Shown here: in pieces, positions 22,540-42,622 of the stretch
How positions within the stretch are numbered: position 1 is the stretch's first letter
How the letters are laid out: each line of letters starts with the position of its first letter
Source: Macrostomum lignano
Lineage: Eukaryota
Length of the DNA: 64,000 nt
Direction: 5' to 3'
Assembly (NCBI GenBank): GCA_002269645.1
Contig: NIVC01002285.1
Span: forward strand, 1-64,000
Translations under genes and position numbers: made by a program
Notes under the pieces: generated by a model
The model's database searches: none
What the model was told of the DNA's origin: nothing
Seen by the model: only the letters and a program-made list of their open reading frames with translations

Positions 22540-22975
22540 CAGATGAGCACCCTACCCAACTCAGAGGAACACCCTACCCAACTCAGAGGAACACCCTACC
22601 CAACTCAGATGAGCACCCTACCCAACTCAGAGGAACACCCTACCCAACTCAGAGGAACACCCTACCCAACTCAGATGAGCACCCTACCCAACTCAGATGA
22701 GCACCCTACCCAACTCAGATGAGCACCCTACCCAACTCAGATGAGCACCCTATCCAACTCAGATGAGCACCCTACCCAACTCAGATGAGCACCCTACCCA
22801 ACTCAGATGAGCACCCTACCCAACTCAGATGAGCACCCTACCCAACTCAGATGAGCACCCTACCCAACTCAGATGAGCACCCTACCCAACTCAGATGAGC
22901 ACCCTACCCAACTCAGATGAGCACCCTACCCAACTCAGATGAGCACCCTACCCAACTCAGATGAGCACCCTACCT
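22540..22975. repeat. 22-bp minisatellite (GAGCACCCTACCCAACTCAGAT)
   Basis: About 20 copies. Confidence 0.92.
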
Positions 22976-23464
22976 AGAATCCAATATTCAAAATCCCGAG
23001 CAGCCTAACACAGATCCCGAATCCCCCAGTCTGCTCAGAAGCATTTCCCTGTCGGTTCAGAAAAGCGATCTGAATTCCCTTGCACAGCAGGGGCAGTGAA
23101 GCCACCTGCCATCCTCAATTGAATCTCCCTTCCCAAATCCTCAATTGAAACAGAGAACACGGAAACTCAATAGCTGCTATCGCAGGTGCAAACAGAACGA
23201 TGCCCCCCATTTCTATTTGAGCAGCAAATTCCTCAGCAAGCAGCAAACTCAAAGCAGATTTTTATCCGCTATCGAGTGTTGGCTCACTTCTCCTTGCACA
23301 CCTGCTGCAGTTGCCAGCTGGCCTTGGGGTGATGCAATTTGTGCAGTTTGCAAAATTCTGCCGATTGGAGCAGGGAGGAAATATCCTTTGTCGACTTCTG
23401 GGGTGGACCCGTCCCCTCGTTGCGTTTCCAACTTATTCTGCGTTTTCCCAACCAACATAGAGAA

Positions 23465-23967
23465 AGCGTCACTGAATGGCGCCAGCGTCACTCAATTGGC
23501 GCCAGCGTCACTCAATTGGCGCCAGCGTCATTCAATTGGCGCCAGCGTCACTCAATTGGCGCTAGCGTCACTCAATTGGCGCCAGCGTCACTCAATTGGC
23601 GCTAGCGTCACTCAATTGGCGCCAGCGTCACTCAATTGGCGCCAGCGTCACTCAATTGGCGCCAGCGTCACTCAATTGGCGCCAGCGTCACTCAATTGGC
23701 GCCAGCGTCACTCAATTGGCGCCAGCGTCACTCAAAGCGCCAGCGTCACTCAATTGGCGCCAGCGTCACTCAATTGGCGCTAGCGTCACTCAATTGGCGC
23801 AAGCGTCACTCAATTGGCGCTAGCGTCACTCAATTGGCGCCAGCGTCACTCAATTGGCGCCAGCGTCACTCAATTGGCGCCAGCGTCACTCAATTGGCGC
23901 CAGCGTCACTCAATTGGCGCCAGCGTCACTCAAAGCGCCAGCGTCACTCAATTGGCGCCAGCGTCAC
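23465..23967. repeat. 20-bp minisatellite (GCGCCAGCGTCACTCAATTG) overlapping complexin stop codon
   Basis: About 25 copies; the TCA of the last unit (23964-23966) is the complexin TGA. Confidence 0.92.
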
Positions 23968-26594
23968 TGGATCGCGCACTTGTCCTGCGCATCAGCCAGG
24001 ACCCTCTGCGGCACGCCGGCCACGGAGCGCACGGTGTCCCGCACGACGCCCTCGGGCAGGAAGGAGGCCAGGTTGTCCTCGGCCGGGTCCCGCTCGGCCG
24101 CCAGCTCCTCTGCCGTTTTCCGCTTCCGGCCGAGGCGGCCCGCTGCGCCGCCGAAAAAGTGCTCGTCACCGTCGCCGAAATGCTGCGGGTCCGCCTTCTT
24201 GGGAATGTTGTACTGCTCGGCGGGAGGGACGAGGAATATTTGAATTTTTTCTTGTCAGATTTTACCTTCCATGATAATTCCCTTCCACAGAGAATTGCCC
24301 CTCCCGATAATTCCCCTTCCCAATAATTCTCCTTCACGATAATCCACCCTCCTGATAATTCCCCTTCCCGATAATTCCCCCTTCTGATAATTCCCCTTTC
24401 CCGATAATTCCTCTTCCCGATAATTCCCCTTCCCGATGATTCCCCTTCCCGATAATTCCCCTTCCCGATAATTCCCCTTCCCGATAATTCCCCTTCCCGA
24501 TAATTCCCCTTCCCGATAATTCCCCTTCCCGATAATTCCCCTTCCCGATGGTTCCCCTTCCCGATAATTCCCCCTTCTGATAATTCCCCCTCCCGATAAT
24601 TCCCCTTCCCGATAATTCCCCTTCCCGATAATTCCCCTTCCCGATAATTCCCCCTCCCGATAATTCCCCTTCCCGATGATTCCCCTTCCCGTTAATTCCT
24701 CATTTCCAAAAAAATTCCCTTTTCTGGATAATTCCCCTTTCCGATAATTCCCCTTTTTCGATAATTCCCCCTAAAAACAGCTTAGTCAGCCCTGTTGCTG
24801 TGAATTTGCCAATCAGAGTTGGTTTGGCTATGAGCCGCAGCCGCTCCTGACCTGCCGCCTCTCACCTTCTCCCGAATCCCCTGCCGCATCTCCTCCCTCT
24901 CAGCCTCCATTCTGCGGTGCTTTTCCTCCCGCTTTCGCTTCTCCTCTGCCAGCGCCTCCGCGATCGCCGCCCGCTGCTCCGCCAGGCGCTCCGCGTCCTC
25001 CGCGCTCGTCTCGTCACCGCCGGTCATCTTGCCTGCCACGGGGACAGTTGGGGACTCAGTGAGTGAGTTTGGGAGCTCAGTGAGTGAATTGGGGACTCAG
25101 TGAGTGAGTTTGGGAGCTCAGTGAGTGAATTGGGGACTCAGTGAGTGAGTTTGGGAGCTCAGTGAGTGAATTGGGGTCTCAGTGAGTGAGTTTGGGAGCT
25201 CAGTGAGTGAGTTGGGAGCTCAGTGAGTGAGTTGGGAGCTCAGTGAGTGAATTGGGGACTCAGTAAGTGAGTTGCGGGGCTCAGTAAGTGAGTTGGAGAG
25301 CTCAGTGAGTGAGTTGGGGAGCTCAGTGAGTGAGTTGGGGAGCTCAGTGATTTGGGGAGCTCAGTGAGTGAGTTGCGGAGCTCAGTGTGATTTTGGGAGC
25401 TCAGTGAGTGAATTCGGGAGCTCAGTGAGTGAGTTAGGGGGCTCAGTGAGTGAGTTGGGAACTCAGTGAGTGAGTTGGGACTCAGTGAGTGAGTTGGGGA
25501 CTCAGTGAATGAGTTTGGAACTCAGTGAGTGAGTTGGGAACTCAGTGAGTGAGTTGGGGACTCAGTGAGTTAGTTGAGAACTCAGTGAGTGAGTTGGGGA
25601 CTCAGTGAATGAGTTGGGAACTCAGTGAGTGAGTTGGGGACTCAGTGAGTTGGGGACTCAGTGAGTTAGTTGAGAACTCAGTGAGTGAGTTGGGGAGCTC
25701 AGTGAGTGAGTTGGGAACTCAGTGAGTTAGTTGAGAACTCAGTGAGTGAGTTGGGGACTCAGTGAATGAGTTGGGAACTCAGTGAGTGAGTTGGGGACTC
25801 AGTGAGTTGGGGACTCAGTGAGTGAGTTGGGGACTCATTGAGTGAGTTGGGGAACTCAGTGAGTGAGTTGGGAACTCAGTGAGTGAGTTGGGGACTCAGT
25901 GAGTGAGTTGGGGACTCATTGAATGAGTTGGGGACTCAGTGAGTGAGTTAGGGACTCAGTGAGTGAGTTGAGAACTCAGTGAGTGAGTTGGGGACTCATT
26001 GAATGAGTTGGGAACTCAGTGAGTGAGTTAGGGACTCAGTGAGTGAGTTGAGAACTCAGTGAGTGAGTTGGGGACTCATTGAATGAGTTGGGGACTCAGT
26101 GAGTGAGTTGAGAACTCAGTGAGTGAGTTGGGGAACTCAGTGAGTGAGTTGGGGACTCAGTGAGTGAGTTGGGGAACTCAGTGAGTGAGTTGGGGACTCA
26201 GTGAGTGAATTGGGGAGCTCATTGAGTGAGTTGTGGAGCTCAGTGAGTGAGTTGGGAACTCAACTCAGTGAGTGAGTTGGGAACTCAGTGAGTGAGTTGG
26301 GGACTCAGTGAGTGAGTTGGGAACTCAGTGAGTGAGTTGGGGACTCAGTGAATGAGTTGGGAACTCAGTGAGTGAGTTGGGGAGCTCAGTGAGTGAGTTG
26401 GGACTCAGTGAGTGAGGGGAACTCAGTGAGTGAGTTGGGGACTCAGTGAATGACTTGGGAACTCACTGAGTGAGTTATGGACTCAGTGAGTGAGGGGGAA
26501 CTCAGTGAGTGAATTGGGGAGCTCAGTTATTAATCTCACCTTTGACAGACTCCATCTGTTTTCCCACCAGCTGTTTGGCGATGAAGCTGGCCAT
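23964..26594 (-). CDS. CPLX: Complexin with C-terminal CAAX (CAIQ); exons 26594-26540, 25032-24866, 24212-23964; 156 aa
   Basis: MASFIAKQLVGKQMESVK-GKMTGGDE...EEKRKREEKHRRMEAEREEMRQGIREK|YNIPKK...GRLGRKRKTAEEL...QDKCAIQ*. Matches the complexin N-terminus and central helix (KMEAERE..RQGIRDKY.I.KK). GT/AG phases consistent; 471 nt. Confidence 0.95.
24270..24770. repeat. 16-bp minisatellite (CCGATAATTCCCCTTC) in complexin intron 2
   Basis: About 30 copies. Confidence 0.9.
25048..26528. repeat. 20-22 bp minisatellite (GGGGACTCAGTGAGTGAGTT) filling complexin intron 1
   Basis: About 70 copies occupying nearly the whole intron. Confidence 0.92.
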
Positions 26595-28674
26595 GGCTGC
26601 TGACTGCACCGAGGCGTTTTGTCTCCGCAAAGCTGTGTTTTTTTATAGAAAAATCTCCTTGAGTTGCCGCCCTGTCGATGAGGCAGAGGGTGACGGGATG
26701 CAGACGCTAAGGCTGGTGCTTTAGAAAGCAAGGAATCTGTTGATGGATGGAGCCGAGCGCAGGGGTTGTTAAGGGGGGAATTTATTTTTAAACTCCGCTC
26801 TCAGCGGGCTGAGGTTGCCATCCCGGCAGGCCTGCATGCATTGGCTGAGGGGGGGCACGGAGACCCGAGGGGAGCTCAGGACAGATCCCCGAGCTGGCAT
26901 GCGGCTCGGGTAATGAGACACTGCCGGGTACTCGGGCCGGGCAAGGGGAGGGCGGAGCTCGGCTCTGCTCCGAAAAATACAAAGCAGGTAAGAATTCCGA
27001 AGATGGAAATGGACTTCGAATACGACACCCGGGAGAAGCAGCGAACCCTGAGGTAGTTTCCCAGCCGACCCTTAGCAACCTGAGCTGGAAATGGCGTAGC
27101 GCTCAGAGAGACAGGCCTTTTGCTCTGGCGAGTCGATGATTCAGAGGGAATCTGTGGCGGATGAGTCGGAAATTCACTCCCGAGTGCACCAGCGCCCCCC
27201 CCCCCACCGAGCAGATGCGATCCTACTCAGTCTAGTCCACCCGAAGCCGCTGCCTGCCTTCTTTTTTATTCAGACCCAACTGGGGGATCTTAAGCTAGTT
27301 AGCTCCCCAATTAATTTTCCCCTACAGACAGTCTTCCCCTCACAACCCGGACTCCCATCGCTCACCCGGAATCTCCCCCTTATCGCCGCTCGTCCTCACA
27401 TCTAAGAAGGCTAATTTTCAAGCCCCAGCTCTTCTCAGAGAGCAATTCTCAGAGGGCGGCATCTTTGCCAGAAGTCGGGGCGCGGAGGCTGGGATTGAAC
27501 TAATGTTGATGAGGCGGCTCGCGGGGATGAAAGGGGCGGAGAGAGGCAGGCCTCAGTTTTCAGTCTGTTTCATCTGTTCGGATTTACGAGTACATTAAAA
27601 ATTCGCTTTTTTATAACATCCGCAATAGACTACTAATTTTTTCAAGTAAGTAGTGTGATAAGAATACACGGCAGCTCTGAAATTTCACTGATTTTTATCA
27701 TCAGGATACGAGTAAAAGGTTGATTATACAAACAAAATCGACAGACCAAAAACATTTTACCGATGAAAGGGTCTTGGAGATTGTTGGATATAAATAGTTG
27801 AATTCCTGCAATGCTCAATTCAAAAGTTCAATTTAATAGCCTGCTCAAGAACCCTCCTGAGATTAGAGTGCAGTCCAAAGCACTTCAAGCAGCTGATTGA
27901 TGAGCTGTGTTTTATGATTTCTGTTTTGTGGTGGAAAATTCTGGCTAACAGTTTAAAAGCTACTCAATGAGCCTTTGCTATCTTCATGCTTTTTAAAATA
28001 TTTTCTGCGCATCAGGTGGTGTTCTGAAATGGCAATCATTCCGAGATTATTCTGGGCCGAGATCGTCCTAGAGGGATCTGCTGTTTTGATTCTGCTTTTT
28101 TATCTTTTCTGTGTTTTTTGAATATTTCTCTCACACTATAGCAAACCATAAATGAATAATATTTTTCTCCTAGCAAATCATCTATTTAATTGTTAAAATA
28201 CTTTGGAATTCAAAAAGCAATGATCAATTTTGCTCGAAAACGGTTTGCAGTACTTGCAGGGTGTACAAGGCTTGCAGGGTGTGCAAGGCTTAAGGGTGTA
28301 CAAGGCTTAAGGGTGTACAAGGCTTAAGGGTGTAGTCGTACAAGATATTGCACGGGGGTTTTAATAGATATTTTGTTTTAGTAAACAAAATTTCCAAGGG
28401 CAATTGGCAGTCAGTATTGTAGGATTAAAATTTTTCATGTCTTATTGTTTCATTAATGATACTGTCTGAGCACTAACTTACTCAGCAACAAAAGTTTTGA
28501 TGCAGCCGTCACAGCCGTGTCCGAATTCTTGAGAGAAAATCTGCAGGAATAACAACTGATTAAGTCTTAGGCCTCGTCCCAAGAAATCTTATATATTATC
28601 TTATCGCTGGCTTGGAGCAACTCACTTGGCTCCCAATTCTGCCGCCGTGACACAAACTGCGTAAATAGTTTACA

Positions 28675-29612
28675 GAGTGGAATCGGATTGAGTGGAGATC
28701 TATATTGCGGTCTGCCTGGTCAGAGTGGAATCGGATTGAGTGGTGATGTACATTGCAGTCTGCCTGGTCAGAGTGGAATCGGATTGAGTGGTGATGTACA
28801 TTGCAGTCTGCCTGGTCAGAGTGGAATCGGATTGAGTGGGGATGTACATTGCGGTCTGCCTGGTCAGAGTGGAATCGGATTGAGTGGGGATGTACATTGC
28901 GGTCTGCCTGGTCAGAGTGGAATCGGTTAGTGGGGATGTACATTGCGGGCTGCCTGGTCAGAGTGGAATCTGATTGAGTGGGGATGTACATTGCGGTCTG
29001 CCTGGTCAGAGTGGAATCGGATTGAGTGGGGATGTACATTGCGGTCTGCCTGGTCAGAGTGGAATCGGATTGAGTGGGGCTGTACATTGCGGTCTGCCTG
29101 GTTAGAGTGGAATCGGATTGAGTGAGGATGTACATTGCGGGCTGCCTGGTCAGAGTGGAATCGGTGAGTGAGGATGTACATTGCGGTCTGCCTGGTCAGA
29201 GTGGAATCGGTGAGTGGGGATGTACATTGCGGTCTGCCTGGTTAGAGTGGAATCGGATTGAGTGGGGATGTACATTGCGGTCTGCCTGGTCAGAGTGGAA
29301 TCGGATTGAGTGGGGATGTACATTGCGGTCTGCCTGGTCAGAGTGGAATCGGATTGAGTGGGGATGTACATTGTGGTCTGCCTGGTCAGAGTGGAATCGG
29401 ATTGAGTGGGAATGTACATTGCGGTCTGCCTGGTCAGAGTGGAATCGGATTGAGTGAGGATGTACATTGCGGGCTGCCTGGTCAGAGTGGAATCGGATTG
29501 AGTGGGGATGTACATTGTGGTCTGCCTGGTCAGAGTGGAATCGGATTGAGTGGGGATGTACGTTGCGGTCTGCCTGGTCAGAGTGGAATCGGATTGAGCG
29601 GGGATGTACATT
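28675..29612. repeat. 48-bp minisatellite (GAGTGGGGATGTACATTGCGGTCTGCCTGGTCAGAGTGGAATCGGATT)
   Basis: About 20 copies; 16-aa ORF periodicity. Confidence 0.92.
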
Positions 29613-30120
29613 AATGCATAAGTTGGGGTTTTAAGAATCCAATGTACTTTTTTGTTGCGTCGCCGAGCTGCAATTTGCTTGAGAAGCTGCTTGAACCTCG
29701 AAAAGAGAAACATCCAGACGGGGTTCCAATGCAGAGGCTCGTCAGGATCCCTTCAACAGTAATTAAGAACTTTGATCGGCCGATGAGGAACCTATAAAAG
29801 AATCTGAAGAGCAGTTTGATTGGCCCGGGCTGGGTTCCTGCATAAATAATAGATCAGGGGATGCCAACGCCCTGCGCTCAGAATGGTCTCTGGGGCTGCT
29901 GAAGAACTAATACAGGGGGCTGTGCCGCTGCCCTGCCATGACCTCCCCGGCATGAAAAATTAATGCAGGAGCCCTGAGTGAGTAACTCAGCTGCCGGGTG
30001 GCTGCGGCAGCGGACCCGCCTATCAAACCGACCAGCAGGTATTTATCAGGGATTTGCTGACAAGACAAAAATTATACTGATTTCTTCCAAAGAGAGACTG
30101 CCTCTACTCTTCCTGTCGAT

Positions 30121-36693
<6,573 letters not shown>

Positions 36694-36759
36694 TTTGATG
36701 ACTCGACTTGGTTGGATTGTTGCTGAGAGGAAATGAAACAGAGTGACTGAGACCAAAAC

Positions 36760-38432
36760 TATGAGAACAGTTGAGATAAATTATGAGAAAAGTTGAGATA
36801 AAGTATGAGAACATTTGAGATAAAGTATGAGAACATTTGAGATAAAGTATGAGAACAGTTGAAATATGAGAACAGTTGAGATAAAGTATGAGAACAGTTG
36901 AGATAAACTATGAGAACAGTTGAGATAAATTATGAGAACAGTTGAGATAAATTATGAGAACAGTTGAGATAAATTATGAGAACAGTTGAGATAAATTATG
37001 AGAACAGTTGAGATAAATTATGAGAACAGTTGAGATAAAGTATGAGAACAGTTGAGATAAAGTATGAGAACAGTTGAGATAAACTATGAGAACAGTTGAG
37101 ATAAAGTATGAGAATAGTTGACAAACTACGAGAATATTTCAGATAAACTATGAGAACAGTTGAGATAAACTATGAGAACAGTTGAGATAAAGTATGAGAA
37201 CAGTTGAGATAAAGTATGAGAACAGTTGAGATAAAGTATGAGAACAGTTGAGATAAACTATGAGAACAGTTGAGATAAAGTATGAGAATAGTTGACAAAC
37301 TACGAGAATATTTCAGATAAACTATGAGAACAGTTGAGATAAACTATGAGAATAGTTGGGATAAACTATGAGAACAGTTGAGATAAAGTATGAGAACAGT
37401 TGAGATAAAGTATGAGAACAGTTGAGATAAAGTATGAGAACAGTTGAGATAAACTATGAGAACAGTTGAGATAAACTATGAGAATAGTTGGGATAAACTA
37501 TGAGAACAGTTGAGATAAAGTATGAGAACAGTTGAGATAAAGTATGAGAATAGTTGAAATATGAGAACAGTTGAGATAAAGTATGAGAACAGTTGAGATA
37601 AACTACGAGAACAGTTGAGATAAACTACGAGAACAGTTGAGATAAATTATGAGAACAGTTGAGATAAATTATGAGAACAGTTGAGATAAACTATGAGAAC
37701 AGTTGAGATAAAGTATGAGAACAGTTGAGATAAAGTATGAGAACAGTTGAGATAAACTATGAGAATAGTTGAGATAAAGTATAAGAACAGTTGAGATAAA
37801 CTACGAGAACAGTTGAGATAAAGTATGAGAACAGTTGAGATAAAGTATGAGAACGGTTGAGATAAAGTATGAGAACAGTTGAGATAAAGTATGAGAACAG
37901 TTGAGATAAAGTATGAGAATAGTTGAGATAAACTATGAGAACAGTTGAGATAAACTATGAGAATAGTTGGGATAAACTATGAGAACAGTTGAGATAAAGT
38001 ATGAGAACAGTTGAGATAAAGTATGAGAATAGTTGAAATATGAGAACAGTTGAGATAAAGTATGAGAACAGTTGAGATAAACTACGAGAACAGTTGAGAT
38101 AAAGTATGAGAACAGTTGAGATAAATTATGAGAACAGTTGAGATAAATTATGAGAACAGTTGAGATAAACTATGAGAACAGTTGAGATAAAGTATGAGAA
38201 CAGTTGAGATAAAGTATGAGAACAGTTGAGATAAACTATGAGAATAGTTGAGATAAAGTATGAGAACAGTTGAGATAAACTACGAGAACAGTTGAGATAA
38301 AGTATGAGAACAGTTGAGATAAAGTATGAGAACGGTTGAGATAAAGTATGAGAACAGTTGAGATGAACTATGAGAACAACTGAGATAAACTACAAGAACA
38401 GTTGAGATGAACTATGAGAACAACTGAGATAA
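36760..38432. repeat. 22-bp minisatellite (TGAGATAAAGTATGAGAACAGT)
   Basis: About 75 copies with recurring higher-order variants. Confidence 0.95.
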
Positions 38433-38954
38433 ACAATACAGTAAGACTATCAAGATCAACACAGAGACTTGGTCAATATTAACCAGGCAATTTTGCTACA
38501 CAAGTTGTTAAGCAAGCCAATCACAGGTAAACTGACTGATGTTTCTTCGCTGTTGTCAGAATCGCCCCGCAGTCCCTCAGTTTGCCTCTCAGTTTTACTT
38601 GCCTCCTTAGTCAAAATTGAATTTCTTCGAAATCAAATAAACAAAATAACTAATAATAAAGACGTGATTTTAATTGTGTGCAGGTTGACAAGTCTGAAAC
38701 TCTACTTGAATTTTTATTTTGCTCTCAATGTGAAAGTCGAACTCTGTGAGAGCGGGATTGTGACTGGGTAGTCTCTCGTTTGAGACACTGTGTAACGTTC
38801 CGTGTTTGAATTTTTCAAATTATTTGTCAGCACTGATGAGCGTCTCTCGCGGCTACCAGTCAGTGACGAACCGCTTGCTCAGGTGGTCGAGACGACTCAG
38901 CTTCTGCATCAGCTCTGCCATCGACTCATCGGAGCTGCGGATGCCGGTGCGGTG

Positions 38955-39548
<594 letters not shown>

Positions 39549-40734
39549 CAAACCATTTGGACTGATCGGTTTGTTGATCGAGTCAGATCGATAAATTTGA
39601 TCGATTCGCCTCACCCATCCGATTGCTGTGAATTCGAGCTCTGCTCATTCTCAAGTTCGATCAGATCTGCCAATATCGGGGTGGGGGTTCTGTACAGAAG
39701 CACGATAAAACAAAGACCCCAGCAACCGCACAGATCAGGAGCCGCTCCTCACCCTCCAGCCGATCCCCCTGCGAGTTCGAGCGAGCCCGAGGGTTCGGGG
39801 CAGCCTCCGCAGTTTCTGAAATTATTAAATTCTCGCTGTATTGCTCCGACACAACAAAACGCGGTGGAGAGCAGTGCTTTGACCGGCTCAGTGCCAGGCG
39901 CCCCCCTTTCCCTGAACTCGGCAAATGATTTTTGAGCACGATTTCGCGTTCAAGATGGTCGCTTATTGCGAGCGAGAGATCGAGTTGCGGGTGAAACCCG
40001 ACTCCAGATTGGTAGGGCTGTAATGAGTTCATCCATCAGTCCCTGCCCAGCAGCTCACCCAGGTGAACAGTCAGAATGCAGCATGTCAGGAGAAGGCCAG
40101 CCAGTAGCGGTGTGCAGATCAACACTCTGAAACAGTTTGCAAGCTTCGGACTTAAAAAAACTCGTGTTTTACGATAAGTTCGATTTGTCTTAAGCAATGG
40201 ATTACCTGTTGATGCCGAGTGACATTGCGGAGATCAGGTGCTGCTTGAAAATCGAGTTTTTTGTATAACAGATCAGACCAGAGCCTCGGTCGGAGCAAAG
40301 TAGCTGTTGAGAACCCCGCCAGTTGCCAAGCTTTTAGGCTAAACGTGTCGCCTCCTCTCGAGACCCTGATTGGACGGCTGGGTTGCCTCCGGCTGCAGGA
40401 TTCGCTCAACAGGTGGGCTGCCCGGGCTGCTCAGCTGGACTGCATGCGGATGTGTCTCAGCAGGGGGAGGCTAACTGGGGATTGTAAATTAACGAAGCAA
40501 TTGATTAAAAGACCAATATTACTGGCTTTAGCTTGCTTGCAGGGGGATTTCGGCACTGGAAGCAGGCTATGAGAACAGTTACTTTTAAAAGACAGAGCTA
40601 AATTATGAGAATTTGCAACTAATCATATCACCTGATGAAATGAATGAAAGAGCTTTTAAGCTTCCGAACTCAACAATAGTGCGCTTCATCTGGCATCCCA
40701 TTCACTTAGTAAATTTTCACTGTATTCACCTTCT

Positions 40735-41523
40735 GCTATCTACTGTCTGCTATCTACTGTCTGCTATCTACTGTCTGCTATCTACTGTCTGCTATCTACT
40801 GTCTGCTATCTACTGTCTGCTATCTACTGTCTACTATCTACTGTCTGCTATCTACTGTCTGCTATCTACTGTCTGCTATCTTCTGTCTGCTATCTACTGT
40901 CTGCTATCTTCTGTCTGCTATCTACTGTCTGCTATCTACTGTCTGCTATCTACTGTCTGCTATCTACTGTCTACTATCTACTGTCTGCTATCTACTGTCT
41001 GCTATCTACTGTCTGCTATCTTCTGTCTGCTATCTACTGTCTGCTATCTACTGTCTGCTATCTACTGTCTGCTATCTACTGTCTGCTATCTACTGTCTGC
41101 TATCTACTGTCTGCTATCTACTGTCTGCTATCTACTGTCTGCTATCTACTGTCTGCTATCTACTGTCTGCTATCTACTGTCTGCTATCTACTGTCTGCTA
41201 TCTACTGTCTGCTATCTACTGTCTGCTATCTACTGTCTGCTATCTACTGTCTGCTATCTACTGTCTGCTATCTTCTGTCTGCTATCTACTGTCTGCTATC
41301 TACTGTCTGCTATCTACTGTCTGCTATCTACTGTCTGCTATCTACTGTCTGCTATCTACTGTCTGCTATCTACTGTCTGCTATCTACTGTCTGCTATCTA
41401 CTGTCTGCTATCTACTGTCTGCTATCTACTGTCTGCTATCTACTGTCTGCTATCTACTGTCTGCTATCTACTGTCTGCTATCTACTGTCTACTATCTACT
41501 GTCTGCTATCTACTGTCTGCTAT
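40735..41523. repeat. 14-bp minisatellite (CTATCTACTGTCTG)
   Basis: About 56 copies. Confidence 0.95.
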
Positions 41524-42128
41524 GCTGTTTATACCGTCTTGCAGTCTGCAGCCATTGAGCTAAAATCGAAGGTATTTCCGACTTCCAAAGTAAAAAAACT
41601 GCACTTAATTCTAAGTGCTGTTAAGTTATAAATGCAGGATAATGAAAATGGAACCAGACGTAATTGAAAGCCTTAAAGCAATTAAAACGATTTACGCCCA
41701 CGTCAACTGTTGGAGACGGGCACTGTATTGTTCCATTGTACTCAAGCATTTCTCAAACACTTTGCAGCCAGCTCAATGGAAAATTGGAGTAATTATGCTT
41801 AATTGCGTTATTTTTTTAAATAGCTATTAAATTTTACTTCATTTAAAATAAACCCCAGCCGCTCCTGACTCTCGCTCTGTATTCTATTTGTTCGCTCAAG
41901 GAAATCAGGTGACTCTATGATCACGAGCTCGCAATAAAAGTTGTGAAAGAGTACGGCGTCTACTCTTTTTTTCAGTAGTTTGTCTGCGCAGTGTCGCTAA
42001 AATTATGGTCCAGCTAAAATTTCCTTTCCTTCCTGAGGGCCTTTGTGGCCTCAGGAGCATATGGGGTTAGGAATGAACATCAAGCATTTGTCTCGATGTA
42101 CACAAGTGAATGCACGAAGGACGAAACT

Positions 42129-42320
42129 TCTAGCTCAGCCAATAAGAGAGCAGTAAGGAAAGAGGTCGAAGTCAGACGGACGAAGCTCAGCCGGGGGTGT
42201 GGGGCAGGCCCAATCTAGCTCAGCCAATAAGAGAGCAGTAAGGAAAGAGGTCGAAGTCAGACGGACGAAGCTCAGCCGGGGGTGTGGGGCAGGCCCAATC
42301 TAGCTCGGCCAATGAGAGCA
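42129..42320. repeat. 85-bp tandem duplication (about 2.3 copies)
   Basis: TCTAGCTCAGCCAATAAGAGAGCAG... begins at 42129 and 42214, with a partial third copy. Confidence 0.8.
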
Positions 42321-42365
42321 GTAAGAGGTAAGCAGTTAGCTTAACTGTTTATCGGCCTGGCTGGG

Positions 42366-42622
42366 CATAAGGCGTAGGAATGGGGGGGGGCAGTGCCTGC
42401 GGCGCTAAAATGAGTGCCTGCGGCGCTAAAATGAGTGCCTGCGGCACTTTATAAAATGAGTGCTGACAAGATGGATTCTGAAAATAATTGGTACATTATA
42501 ATGTGCATTTTCTATATAAAAAAATCTAACTCGACGGGGGCGTGCGCCCTGTGCGGCCCCCCGCCCCTAAATCCGTCACTGAACCTGCCCCCCCAGTTTT
42601 TGAAACGTTCACTACGCCTATG
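42366..42622. mobile_element. 257-bp hAT-like MITE
   Basis: Termini CATAAGGCGTAG / CTACGCCTATG with sub-terminal GGGGGGGCAG / CTGCCCCCCC; 8-bp TSD TGGCTGGG at 42358-42365 and 42623-42630. Confidence 0.75.

Noticed and set aside
23145-24326. ORFs with RQRHSIGASVTQLAPASLNW repeats
   Set aside because: Translation of the 20-bp minisatellite and the antisense strand of complexin exon 3.
26766-27405. ORFs upstream of complexin, with a GTAAGA donor-like site near 26988
   Set aside because: No motif; probably promoter or UTR sequence, and cannot be linked to a gene.
28675-29612. CRISPR-like appearance of the 48-bp, 57-bp and 176-bp arrays
   Set aside because: Units are head-to-tail with no unique spacers, there are no cas genes, and the context is eukaryotic.
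38828-38880. Possible hammerhead ribozyme (CTGATGA...GACGAAC)
   Set aside because: The GAAA core is missing and stems I/III cannot be built.
42025-42130. Hairpin CCTGAGGGCC-TTTGT-GGCCTCAGG and nearby GGACGAAAC as a hammerhead
   Set aside because: No CTGANGA correctly placed relative to GAAA; treated as an isolated hairpin.
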